Shown here one piece after another: positions 26,901-37,699 of a stretch of DNA of 64,000 bases (the first letter of the stretch is position 1; the number at the start of each line of letters is the position of its first letter). A program made the translations under genes and the position numbers. The stretch lies in NCBI GenBank assembly GCA_964234715.1, contig OZ174279.1. One strand, 5' to 3'. The notes below the pieces were generated by a model, which did no database searches, had not been told where the DNA came from, and saw only the letters and a program-made list of their open reading frames with translations. The stretch comes from Podarcis melisellensis. Taxonomy: Eukaryota.

Positions 26901-29171
26901 GGCATTTAGGCGTAGGTCAACTGCTGAGACTTAACAGGAGTAGTTCCAGAATCACATCATTACAGAAGATTGAAGTCCAGGTAGAGGACTTCAAGAAGTC
27001 TAAACACAGGGGCAACCTGAGAAGCAAGGTTTTTAAACCTGAGTTTTCAAAGCCCCACCCACAGTACAGCTGCAAGCCATCCATGCTGCTTGCGTATTTG
27101 CTCTACTTGCAAGGAATCCTTGTTTCTCAGGTGAGCTGTTTGGCTTCTAGCAGCTGACTGAGGCTGCACCTTTAGGCACCTGTGCTTGCTCGGTCTCAGT
27201 GGCCACTTCTGATTCCAGAAAGGGGCTACCTGTGTCAGGAAGGGAAGACTGCAATTCTATTTTGCCCGAGGCTCATGGAACCCCCTGGCCTTCCTCCTTG
27301 TCCCTCAAAACAGGCTGTTGCTCTGTGATATTTGCAGGTTGTCCTACAAGGAGGATTCCTTGAGCGTGGCCATAGCACCATAATTCGAGCATCTGGGCTG
27401 CAAAGAGTGGGCTCTCAGGAGAACTGGAACTGACTAGCCTCAAGGCAAAATCTGGATTTACCATTTGGTGCCATTTCTTCCCTATCACCTTCTCCTCTGC
27501 TTTTCTTGAGGCTTAGGTGGGCTGGCTGCCAAGCTTTAGCTGACCAAAGTGCTTCTCAAGACTATACCTTATGAACTAGTCATCTTCAATTCCCATACAA
27601 GTTTACTACCAGGCTGGATAGAGCAGAAACATTCCCCTCCTTTTTGAATAGGTGGAACTGGATGCTGACCGTCACAGTCAGGTGACTCCACCAAGGATCT
27701 GTGAGTGTCTAAATATTTACAAAATTTGTCAGGGAATAAATTTAATGCTTCTGGTCACCAGCTTTCAGGTGCTCGTTCTTTACATATAATAGGAAACCTC
27801 TGATGACTTAAAACTGATAAAGGGTTTGGTGTGACTGGAAAATCTTGATTACAGCATTTTTTTAAAAAAAACTAGTTATCTCCCACCCCCGTGCTTTATA
27901 TCGTCTGGCTCCATGCTTCTAGAAACCCTTAGAAAGCTGTCTCAAACTCTGCTTTCAAAGAGTGCAGGGCTGCTTCCTAATGTGGTAAGTTACCCCTTAA
28001 TAAAGTCATGGAGGGAGCCAATATCCTGATGCTCACAGCTGGTGATAAAACCTGATGTCGTCTTCCAGCAGGCAGTGCAGTCAGCAGAAGAATGGGGTGG
28101 ATTGGTTCCATGCTAAGCCGGCAATGCATAAGAGTGCTTCACTTGAGGCATCATCCATGAAAAAGTGGTCCGTGGCCCTCAGGACTTGTTAGCCTCTGAA
28201 CTCCCATCAGCCACAGCCAGCGTGACCAATGGATGGGACTGATAGGAGTTGTAGTCCAGCAATATCTGAAGGGCCACCGGTTCATCTTTGTGGCTTAAGG
28301 TCTCTGAGCAACATTATCATGCGTCTTGCTCATATATATTCCCCAGCTCACATGAATTTGTTGTAGAGAAGCAAAAAGCCATCCAGACCCAAAGTTGCTG
28401 GCTTAGCATCCGTTAGTATATCTTGCCCTTTCAGCTGGTGTTTTTAGCATCAGCAAATGTCTCCTCCAGGAAGCTGGTGGTTTTCTAAAGAGGCTGAATC
28501 TGAGCATGACAGTGAAAGGGTCATAGTCAGATGAATAATTTGGCAGTCTGGTTGCAGTTGTCTGAAAGCTCTGTAAGTAGTAAATAATTTTCACAAGAGC
28601 AGCTCTTCCAGAGTGGATGATGAAGGAGTGCTTGCAGATTTCACGTTTGTGGCATGCAAGATAGGAAGGGCTGGAACTGAGCAAGTGCAGTGAGAATTGT
28701 AGAGGACTGAAAAAAGGGAAGCCTGAAGGAAGAGAAGTTATTTCCTAGTGGAAAGACTTTTGAAATAGAAAACTATGCACTGGTCTATGGCTACGTTCCA
28801 ACAAATCTAATATGTGTGCATGAAGGAAGGATGCACACAGCAGAGAATTCCTTTGCAGATTTCCCCCTCCATTTCTGAAGGAAAAACCTCTTTATGCTTA
28901 CATTTTAATATATTAATTGTAAAATGGGTTGCTTTTTCAGCATATGGTGACTATCTCAAAGAAAAGGTCAGCATTCAAGGTTTCCAGCCCCCACACCCCT
29001 TCTCAAATGTTATTTCTACATTGATCTTGGCAACTCTCTGGAAGTACTCAAGAGACCACTGATAATCCTCAGGTCACAGTTTAACCATCTATGCAGTATA
29101 AAGTAAATTAGGTTGAGCTAAAACTGGCTAGCCCATTTAGTGGACAATTTCTTTCCTATGAATAAATGCTA

Positions 29172-29217
<46 letters not shown>

Positions 29218-29219
<2 letters not shown>

Positions 29220-29473
29220 TTTCGTAGATTTTCACGGGTACAGGAATGCAGGTTTTGGTGTCCTCGGGTGTCTTCCCGTGTAAAAGTTGGGGTGTCTAGG
29301 CGACGTTTCGACGATCCTATTTATAGGAACTCAAACACTAAGATCCTGCTCTGTTCCAGTAACAAGAAGCCGAAAGCACCAGCCTGAAGATGACGAGTGA
29401 GACCTCGTCGAAACGTCGCCTAGACACCCCAACTTTTACACGGGAAGACACCCGAGGACACCAAAACCTGCAT
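29218..29473 (+). mobile_element. Penelope-like element fragment (inverted pseudo-LTR) inserted in (TA)n
   Basis: Perfect 69-bp inverted repeat at 29246-29314 and 29405-29473; hammerhead-like core; (TA)n on both sides. Confidence 0.75.
29381..29420 (+). ncRNA. Minimal type I hammerhead ribozyme motif
   Basis: CUGAAGA (29384-29390), extra U, stem II gacgag/ctcgtc, GAAA, palindromic ACGU stem III, GUC cleavage triplet ending at 29417; stem I is only about 2 bp. Confidence 0.65.
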
Positions 29474-31527
29474 ATATATATATATATATATATATCCACA
29501 TCTGAAGTCCTGCTTCATTTGCACAGTAAGGAAAAGCAGGGCCTACTTAGCGATGGTGCCATCTCTGTCTTATTTTAACTCCCATGATGTGTCCATGTAG
29601 TTGAACAGAGTTGGTGTCACTGAGGACAAACACACCTAACTCAGTACTGCCCTCCTTCTGAATTACATGTGTTTGGCCTCATTGTCTCCCATGGAACCAC
29701 ATTTACTGTCTCTGCCTCATTGTTACTAGGAAGGAGTGCTATTTTTAAACAAATAGTGACTGCAGAACTCAACCTAGTGCGAAAAAGGAAGGTCTTTTTG
29801 GAAAACAGCAGCAAACCAGTACCAAAAAAATGTAATAGTTTTGAGGTCTTTTGCCAAAAGGTTTGGAAATGCTTGTTCCCAGTTTCTTAGCTTGGTCCTC
29901 TCAAAATAGTTTTGAAAATCGTACTAAGTATACGTGGAAATAATATTTATGGAAACTGACTTAAATTTCTTGGGTTCAACTATCCCTGTTCTATATAGTT
30001 CTGTGCAGGGAATTGAGTACCCGTGCACTGATTTTTTTAGTGATTGTCAAATTTTTGTTTTTAAAAAGTCAGATTGTATTTTCTTTTGCTCATTGCCATA
30101 TTCAGTCTCCTAATGCTGCAGCCTTATGTTGCTATAAACACTTACTCCTCTCCATTGGTATGATTTACTACATTAGTTAACATCTCAGTGGGGAATTGCA
30201 TATCACTGATGTACAGGCAGCCCATACTCCATTAGTTCTATAATGAAAGGTGCATTAAAACAGCAAACATGGTTCCAGAAAGGCAGGAGACGTCCCAGTG
30301 CTAGCAGGGGAGGAGCTGGAAGCAGCTCCGTTGTTTCCATGAACTTCTGCAGTGAGTGATTGAAGCTGTTCCTTCTCTGTTTTATTGTTTGTGAGAGTCA
30401 GGGCTGGCCAACCCTTTAGGCAAGGTGAGTTGACTGCATCAGGCAGCAGGATCCACATGGGCAGCAGATCCAGCCTCCAAGGAATGTATTGGCCACTGCT
30501 GTGGTGTCCGCGACAGCTGCGACAAGCTCCTTCCGGAGGCGGCGCAAAACAGCAATGGCGGTCCTCTTTACCCAGTGAAGAGGGGCTCCGCGAAAAAGGG
30601 TTTTCCGCTACGGCGAAGCGGAGACCCATCCAGATAAACCGCAGGCAGAGCGAGCCTGTGGCCGTGGGACTCGGCGGGTGCCAGAAGCCCCCCCAGAAGC
30701 GAGGAAGGGACCTCGTAAGAGGCTCCGGATCGTGAACGGGGGAGCGGCGCTGTGAGTTCATCGCTCTTTTCGCGGAAGTGAAGCCGCGCTGCTGTTGCTG
30801 ATGAGCGCCGACCTTTCTTCTTGAAAAACATCGAGATTGGCTGCAATTTACCCGTGAGTAAGGGGTACCAAAGAACTGATTAAGGATCAATTTAAATTTG
30901 TCTATTTTGGCTGAAAACGGGAGGCGAGTAACAGGAAGTCCGCCTTCCGGTCCTGCTAATCGGAGCAAAGCAAAGAACCCGATGCGGGCTGAAGTGTTAA
31001 AAAGAGACTTTGAAAGAAATAAGAAGGGGCATTAATAGACTGTGTGTTTTTAGAAATCGAAAAAGGGTGAAGAAATAAATGTTTTAGTCCAGTGTGTTAG
31101 AGAATCTTCCTCCTATTGTGAAGAGACGTGGAATTGAAGGGGACAACCGAGTTATTGGACTGCCAGTGTTGCAAATGAGTACTGTCAGGCTGCAGAAACT
31201 TTTCTTTTAACATAAACTGTTGCACTGATGGATACACTATCGCTTTAATACTGTTATTGAAACCTCTCTGTTACCTTGTGGCACTAATTCGAAACAGAAC
31301 TCTCTGAAATCCTCCTTTCTGAACTTGGGGATTTCAGTCGAAATAGGAGCTTTGATGGTGGAAAAGAAACTTTCTTTCCTTTGAAAACCCCCCCTAGTGG
31401 ATTTGCGGAGACATAGTAGCCTGGGAACTGTATCTTATTGGGATTTTTTGTGGTTTAATTGTTTATACTCTGGACTTGCCTTTCTCATGGACTGAAAGAC
31501 TATTTGACCTTGAACAGCAGCTGGGGA

Positions 31528-32625
31528 ATGAGTGGCCCAGCGAAAACAAGAGCAGCTAAAGCTAAGGAAGCTTTAGCCGAGGAAGTTAAAGAAAAGAAAA
31601 AAGACAAGAGAGCTGGGCAGCTGGTCCAAACAACCTTGATTCACCATCGTAGATCCTCGGTGCCTACTGTGTTGACGGCGCAGGAGGAGGAAGTTGAAAC
31701 GCCTGCTACAGAAGAAATGGCAGCTGGAGGAACTGATCCAGTCTTGAAACAAATTTTGGAACAATTGGCACTTTTGAATAAGAAGGTGGACGATCAGTCA
31801 TCTAAAATTGATAGAGCTACATCTACTATCAGCAAGTTAACAGATCAGGTTTCGCAGCACACCCAGGCTATTGAGAAACTGCAAGGAGCTACGGCGGAGA
31901 ACTACAAATTAGCTGCGGAAGCCAATCAAAAAGCTGAGCAAGCGTGCAAGAAGGTGGAAGAGATCAAAGGGGAAGTAAGACCTCTGAGAAGACAGGTAGG
32001 AGAACAGCAAGCCTACCTGTCAATGGTGGAACTGAAAAGTAAGGAATGTAATCTTAGGCTGAGGGCTGTCCCAGAGTTGGAACAGGGCAACCTAGAGAAA
32101 TTCTTGACGGAGCTGTTTTCTAAATTTTGGGGGGTTGAGGAAGATAAAGACTTCAAGATTGTGACGGCCTTCAGACTGGGAAGATCGGTTAAAAAAGATA
32201 AGTCCAGAGACTGTTTGGTTTGTTTGAGAACAAGAGAGGAAAGAGACAAGATATTAGGCCAACACTTTAAAAAATCCCTGGAAGTCGAAGGTAAAAGGGC
32301 AGAAATTTATAGAGATATTCCTAAATATTTGTTGGACCTTAGAGCCACATATACAGACTTGGCCAAATTGTTAAGATACAACGCAATCCCATACAGGTGG
32401 GAATTTCCTCAAGGTCTGTCATTTACCTATAAAGGAAAGAAGGTAAGAATCAAAACGCCAGAAGACCACCAGAAGTTCCTACACGACAACGAGGAGGACC
32501 TCCAAAAGAGAGCCGCAGATTCTTGGCCTCCACCACCGGGATTACCACCAGGATCCACACCATCTGGAGGCGGCCCGGCACCACAGCTTCCGGAAAAGGA
32601 AGACAAATTAGATACCCAACTGTGA
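31528..32625 (+). CDS. L1 ORF1p (coiled coil, RRM and CTD RNA-binding protein, 365 aa from first ATG)
   Basis: Heptad coiled coil, then NLRLRAVPE (L1 RRM start) and YRWEFP (CTD); ends 20 nt before ORF2. Confidence 0.9.
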   Translation: MSGPAKTRAAKAKEALAEEVKEKKKDKRAGQLVQTTLIHHRRSSVPTVLTAQEEEVETPATEEMAAGGTDPVLKQILEQLALLNKKVDDQSSKIDRATSTISKLTDQVSQHTQAIEKLQGATAENYKLAAEANQKAEQACKKVEEIKGEVRPLRRQVGEQQAYLSMVELKSKECNLRLRAVPELEQGNLEKFLTELFSKFWGVEEDKDFKIVTAFRLGRSVKKDKSRDCLVCLRTREERDKILGQHFKKSLEVEGKRAEIYRDIPKYLLDLRATYTDLAKLLRYNAIPYRWEFPQGLSFTYKGKKVRIKTPEDHQKFLHDNEEDLQKRAADSWPPPPGLPPGSTPSGGGPAPQLPEKEDKLDTQL

Positions 32626-32645
32626 TATCCAAGAAGTAGACCGGG

Positions 32646-35600
32646 ATGTCTCTACAGCTTCTTAGCTGGAATATAAATGGCGGGAATTCTCCAGAAAAAC
32701 GCAGAAAAGTATTTCATATTTTGAAAAAAGAACAATTGGACATTATTTGCCTGCAAGAAACACATGTGACAAGACTCCATAGAAAAGTGCTAATTAATAA
32801 AAGGTTAGGCCAAGAATTTATTTCATCGGATAAAGTTAAGAAAAGAGGAGTGGTGATCTATGCAAAGGAGAACTTGTCCCCAAAATTTGTATTTAAAGAC
32901 GAACAGGGCAGAATTTTGGCAATTGAAATCCAGACACAAGGAGAAAAGTTTTTAATTCTAGGAATCTACGCCCCAAATGATGGAAAATCGGAATTTTTTA
33001 AGAAGCTGCATGAGATTATGCTGGACTATTTGGACTATAACAACATTATCATGTTGGGAGATATGAACGGTGTCGCCTCAGTGAATATGGATAAGTCACA
33101 AAGTGCTAATATAACGAAAGATGGCAGACTTCCAAAAACCTTTTTTGAAATGACTGACAATTTGGATTTGATCGACATATGGAGGATCAAGAACCCTCTA
33201 GGGAAAGAAGGAACTTTCTTTTCTGAGGCCCATATGACATGGACGCGAATCGACCAAATATGGATAACTAGAGGGCTGGCACCTAAGACCAGAAAAGTGG
33301 AAATCTGCCCAAAAACCTGCTCCGACCACAACGCCTTGAGAATGGAATTGAGACTAAATACAACCGGATCGTTCAGATGGAGAATGAATGACGCCTTGTT
33401 AAGAGATCAGGAGATTGTTAAGAAGGCCCAAAAAGTTTTAAAGGACTATTTTGAAATAAACTTAAAGACAAATGTGGAAAAAAGAATAATCTGGGACGCA
33501 AGCAAAGCAGTGATAAGAGGGTTTCTAATACAACAGAACACGATTAAAAAAAGACTCTGGAATGAAAAGAAGGAGAAGATCTTGGAGAAAATAAGAGAAG
33601 GAGAGAGAAAACTGAGATCCAGGCCCAAATCGAAGGAAGTATTGAGAGAAGTGAAGTTTTTCCAGGCACAATATTCGAAACTGATAAATCAAGAGGTGGA
33701 ATGGAAAATTAAACAAATGAAACAAAGATCCTTTGAATCTGCAAACAAATGTGGAAAATTGTTAGCCTGGCAGTTGAAAAAGAGACAAAAACTTAACACA
33801 GTTACAAATTTAGAGATTGAAGGGAGAATGGTTCAGAAACCCGAAGAAATCAGAAGGTCCTTCCAGAAATATTTTAAAGAACTCTATTCTCAAAGGCCAC
33901 AAAAAAGCTCAGAGGTGGACCAATTTGTCATAACTAATGGATTACAAAAAATACCCCAGGAAATGAGAGCAACCCTGAACTGTAATATTACAACCCAAGA
34001 AATTGAATGCGCCATTCAGAACCTCCAACTGGGCAAATCTCCGGGACCTGATGGGCTTACTTCCAAATATTATAAGGTACTGAAGGACTCATTGACACAA
34101 CCATTGTTGGAAGTTTGCAATCAGATTATGGAGGGGAGGAAGGCACCGGAAACGTGGAAAGAAGCCTTCATCACGTTGATCCCAAAACTAGAATCTGAAA
34201 AAACTCAACTTAAAAACTACCGTCCTATCTCACTCCTAAATGTGGATTATAAAATTTTTGCAGACATTTTGGCAAGTAGGTTTAAGAAAGTCTTAAATGA
34301 AGTTATTCATAAGGACCAAGCAGGCTTTCTCCCTGGTAGGCATTTATTTGACAACACAAGAAACATCATTGACATTTTGGAGTTTTTACAGATTAATTCT
34401 AACACAAGAGCGGTGTTGATTTTTATTGATGCGGAGAAGGCCTTTGACAACATTTCTTGGCTGTTTATGAAGAAAAATTTGGAAAGGATGGGAGTAGGGC
34501 GGGGGTTTGAAAATGGAATAGAAGCAATTTATTCAGAACAAAAGGCCAAATTGATAGTAAACAACGTGGTGACAGAGGAGTTTAAAATTGAAAAAGGGAC
34601 ACGACAGGGGTGCCCTCTATCTCCTCTGCTGTTTATTTCAGTTCTGGAGGTGCTACTGAACATGATCAGAAACGACCAGTTGACACAGGGAATTGTGGTC
34701 GGAGAGAAACAATATAAACTGAAAGCTTTCGCAGACGACTTGGTATTAACATTACAGGAGCCAGCCTCTAGTACTAAAAGAGCGTTAGAATTAATTTCTG
34801 ATTTTGGTCGGGTGGCGGGATTCAAGCTGAATAAACAAAAAACTAAAGTTTTAGCAAAAAACTTGACAACTACTGAAATAGAGGAGTTCAGAAAAGAAAC
34901 AGAACTAAATGTGGTTAAAAAAGTAAAGTACCTAGGGGTCTATTTGACCTCCAAAAATTTGAATTTATTTAAGGACAACTATGAGAAATGTTGGTCAGAG
35001 ATAAAAAGAGATCTGGAAACATGGTCAAGATTAAAACTTTCCTTGTTGGGCAGAATAGCTGCCATAAAGATGAATGTATTGCCGAAAATGCTATTTTTGT
35101 TTCAGTCCCTCCAGGTCGTGGATAAGGTAGAATGTTTTGGAAAATGGCAGAGGGATTTATCCAAATTTGTCTGGCAGGGCAAAAAGCCCCGAATAAAGTT
35201 TAAAATACTAACAGATGCGAAAGAAAGAGGGGGGTTTGCCCTGCCGGACTTGAGGTTATATTACGAAGCTGCAGCCCTCTGCTGGTTGAAGGATTGGATC
35301 TTATTGGAGAACACCGATGTCCTTGACCTGGAGGGATTTGATAATGCTTTTGGGTGGCATGCATATTTGTGGTATGACAAGGTTAAAGTTCATAAATTGT
35401 TCAAAAACCATATTGTCAGAAGGGCAATTTTCATGGTCTGGTCAAAATATAAAGACTTATTGGAGAGTAAAACTCCGAGGTGGCTCTCACCGATGGAGGC
35501 CAAAGCACGTAAAAGACTCAATATGGAGGCCCACTGGCCTAAATATTGGGAAATAATTGAAAAAATTGGAGATAAATGGAGGTTACAGAGTATGGAAAAG

Positions 35601-36386
35601 TTAAAAAACAAGGTGCGAGATTGGTTGCATTATGCTCAAATTCAGGAAGCTTTTAAAGCAGACAAAAAAGTGGGTTTTCAGGAGGAAAAATCGAAACTAG
35701 AAACAGAGCTGCTTGAGCCAAAATCCAAGCTAATTTCGAGAATGTATAACTTGCTGCTTAAATGGAACACACAGGATGAGATTGTCAAATCCTCTATGAT
35801 AAAGTGGGCACAGGATTTGGGGCATAACATTATGTTTGAAGACTGGGAAAGGTTATGGAACACCGGAATGAAATTCACGGCATGTACTGCCTTGAAGGAA
35901 AACATTATGAAAATGATATACCGGTGGTACATGACCCCAGTCAAGCTTGCAAAGATATATCACCTGTCTGACAATAAATGCTGGAAATGTAAGGAAGAGG
36001 AAGGGACATTTTTACACCTCTGGTGGACCTGCCCGAAAGTGAAGGCCTTCTGGGAAATGATACATAATGAACTAAAAAAGGTGCTGAGATTCACCTTACC
36101 TAAGAAACCGGAGGCCTTCCTTCTGGGCATGGTAGACCAGAGGATGGTCAAGAAAGATAGAATTTTCTTTATGTACGCTACTACAGCAGCGAGGATTCTG
36201 TTGGCAAAGCACTGGAAGACACAAAATCTACCCACATTGGAAGAATGGCAGACGCAGCTGATGGACTATATGGAGTTGGCTGAAATGACTGGCAGAATTC
36301 GAGACTCGGGAGAAGAAGAAACGGAGGAAGTTTGGAAAAATTTTAAGGACTATTTGAAAAAGCATTATAAGTTGTATGAATGTTAA
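32646..36386 (+). CDS. L1 ORF2p (APE endonuclease, reverse transcriptase, CCHC zinc knuckle; 1246 aa)
   Basis: SWNING, LQETH, GDMN and SDH (endonuclease); KSPGPDG, YRPISLLN, GTRQGCPLSP, FADD and YLG (RT); CWKC..HLWWTC. Confidence 0.98.
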   Translation: MSLQLLSWNINGGNSPEKRRKVFHILKKEQLDIICLQETHVTRLHRKVLINKRLGQEFISSDKVKKRGVVIYAKENLSPKFVFKDEQGRILAIEIQTQGEKFLILGIYAPNDGKSEFFKKLHEIMLDYLDYNNIIMLGDMNGVASVNMDKSQSANITKDGRLPKTFFEMTDNLDLIDIWRIKNPLGKEGTFFSEAHMTWTRIDQIWITRGLAPKTRKVEICPKTCSDHNALRMELRLNTTGSFRWRMNDALLRDQEIVKKAQKVLKDYFEINLKTNVEKRIIWDASKAVIRGFLIQQNTIKKRLWNEKKEKILEKIREGERKLRSRPKSKEVLREVKFFQAQYSKLINQEVEWKIKQMKQRSFESANKCGKLLAWQLKKRQKLNTVTNLEIEGRMVQKPEEIRRSFQKYFKELYSQRPQKSSEVDQFVITNGLQKIPQEMRATLNCNITTQEIECAIQNLQLGKSPGPDGLTSKYYKVLKDSLTQPLLEVCNQIMEGRKAPETWKEAFITLIPKLESEKTQLKNYRPISLLNVDYKIFADILASRFKKVLNEVIHKDQAGFLPGRHLFDNTRNIIDILEFLQINSNTRAVLIFIDAEKAFDNISWLFMKKNLERMGVGRGFENGIEAIYSEQKAKLIVNNVVTEEFKIEKGTRQGCPLSPLLFISVLEVLLNMIRNDQLTQGIVVGEKQYKLKAFADDLVLTLQEPASSTKRALELISDFGRVAGFKLNKQKTKVLAKNLTTTEIEEFRKETELNVVKKVKYLGVYLTSKNLNLFKDNYEKCWSEIKRDLETWSRLKLSLLGRIAAIKMNVLPKMLFLFQSLQVVDKVECFGKWQRDLSKFVWQGKKPRIKFKILTDAKERGGFALPDLRLYYEAAALCWLKDWILLENTDVLDLEGFDNAFGWHAYLWYDKVKVHKLFKNHIVRRAIFMVWSKYKDLLESKTPRWLSPMEAKARKRLNMEAHWPKYWEIIEKIGDKWRLQSMEKLKNKVRDWLHYAQIQEAFKADKKVGFQEEKSKLETELLEPKSKLISRMYNLLLKWNTQDEIVKSSMIKWAQDLGHNIMFEDWERLWNTGMKFTACTALKENIMKMIYRWYMTPVKLAKIYHLSDNKCWKCKEEEGTFLHLWWTCPKVKAFWEMIHNELKKVLRFTLPKKPEAFLLGMVDQRMVKKDRIFFMYATTAARILLAKHWKTQNLPTLEEWQTQLMDYMELAEMTGRIRDSGEEETEEVWKNFKDYLKKHYKLYEC

Positions 36387-36935
36387 AAAATGCTCCTTTC
36401 TAGGAAGGTATAGCTTCAGTATCGGCAAATTTCTGAATTGATAAATAAGACACTATAAGACAGAAGTGAGGTAACGAAATATTTTTATTGTGTGGAAATT
36501 AAAAATTAATGCAATTGTATCGAAATGTTTACATCAGATAACACGATAAAATGGAAGATATATTGTTATGTACAAAACAAGTCAACAAATTGCTGAGGTT
36601 TTGGTTACACAGGGAATGCAGTGCTCGGGAGATGGGGGAAGTCCATTGGATTCATGTAAGTATGTATTTGAAAGTGGAAATTTGTTTATTAAAAACCTAA
36701 TAAAATATTTATAAAAAAAAAAAGGAAGGCGAATCTGCCACCTCCTTGGCAGCCCCCACCCCCAATGCCGCTTCTACGGTGGCCTCTTTGCAAACAGGAG
36801 GAGCTGCTCCTGATGTAGATCTTTATTCTCCGCTTGTTCCTAATGTGGATAGCTTCACTCGGCCTTTCTTCCCTGACAGGGGTGGGCAGGCAGGGAGCAC
36901 CATTTTGTGGTTTGCCTCAGTTGCCAAAATGTGGT

Positions 36936-37240
36936 GCCAGTGTGGTGTAGTGGTTAAGAGCGGTAGACTCGTAATCTGGGGAACCGGGTTCGTGTCTCCG
37001 CTCCTCCACATGCAGCTGCTGGGTGACCTTGGGCCAGTCACACTTCTCACAAGTCTCTCAGCCCCACTCACCTCACAGAGTGTTTGTTGTGGGGGAGGAA
37101 GGGAAAGGAGAATGTTAGCCACTTTGAGACTCCTTAGGGTAGGGATAAAGCGGGATATCAAATCCAAACTCCTCCTCCTCCTCCTCTTCTTCTTCTTCTT
37201 CTTCTTCTTCTTCTTCTTCTTCTTCTTCTTCATCATCTTC
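36936..37240 (+). mobile_element. tRNA-derived CORE/MIR-related SINE (Squam3-like) with (CTT)n tail
   Basis: tRNA-like head gtgtggtgtagtggttaagagc..gggttcg, CORE-like gggtgaccttgggccagtcac; near-identical to 45156-45460. Confidence 0.85.
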
Positions 37241-37491
37241 TTGATCTGGCCCTGCTGAGAATATCAGCCTTTGGTGTCTAAGATCATCTCTCCATGATGG
37301 GAGCAGGGAAGCAATATATGCTTCTTTGCACTCAAGTAGTGCAAAAGTGACTTCAGTGCCATTTGGAAAGCATACAGGAAGGAGCATCCTCAGTGTCATG
37401 TATATTGGCTGGCAACACCTCCAGAGTTTCATATAGGAGTCTCTCTCTACATGGAGATGTGGGGAAACAGTGCTTCTGTACATGCGGATTA

Positions 37492-37699
37492 CAGTGGTAC
37501 CTTGGTTTACAACCATAATCCGTTCCGGAAGTCTGGTTGTAAACCAAAACAGGTTGTAACCCAAGGCGCACTTTCGCCAATGGGGCCTTCCCCCCCCCCC
37601 AAAAAAATGGGTTGTAATCCAAAAAAAGGGACATGCACTTCCGGGTTTGATGTCCAAAACTGTTGTAATCCAAAACGGTTGCAAACCAAGGTACCACTG
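37492..37699. mobile_element. Tigger-like MITE
   Basis: TA|cagtggtaccttggttt ... aaaccaaggtaccactg|TA. Confidence 0.85.

Larger units (their letters stand above)
30485..36723 (+). mobile_element. Full-length L1 retrotransposon (~6.2 kb)
   Basis: CpG-rich 5'UTR, intact ORF1 and ORF2, 3'UTR, AATAAA at 36699-36704, A11 tail; candidate short TSD aaggaa (30479-30484 and 36722-36727). The 5' boundary is inferred from that TSD. Confidence 0.93.
30399..37254. mobile_element. Old hAT-like MITE split by the L1 and a SINE
   Basis: cagggctggcc start and tctggccctg end; flanking 8-mers gtgagagt/ctgagaat (6/8 match); residual pieces at 30399-30484, 36722-36935 and 37240-37254. Confidence 0.55.

Noticed and set aside
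31459-31527. TTG-initiated N-terminal extension of ORF1
   Set aside because: The first in-frame ATG at 31528 is the more plausible eukaryotic start.
36936-37010. tRNA gene (also at 3790-3850 and 45156-45225)
   Set aside because: These are tRNA-derived SINE heads continuing into SINE bodies, with no complete cloverleaf.
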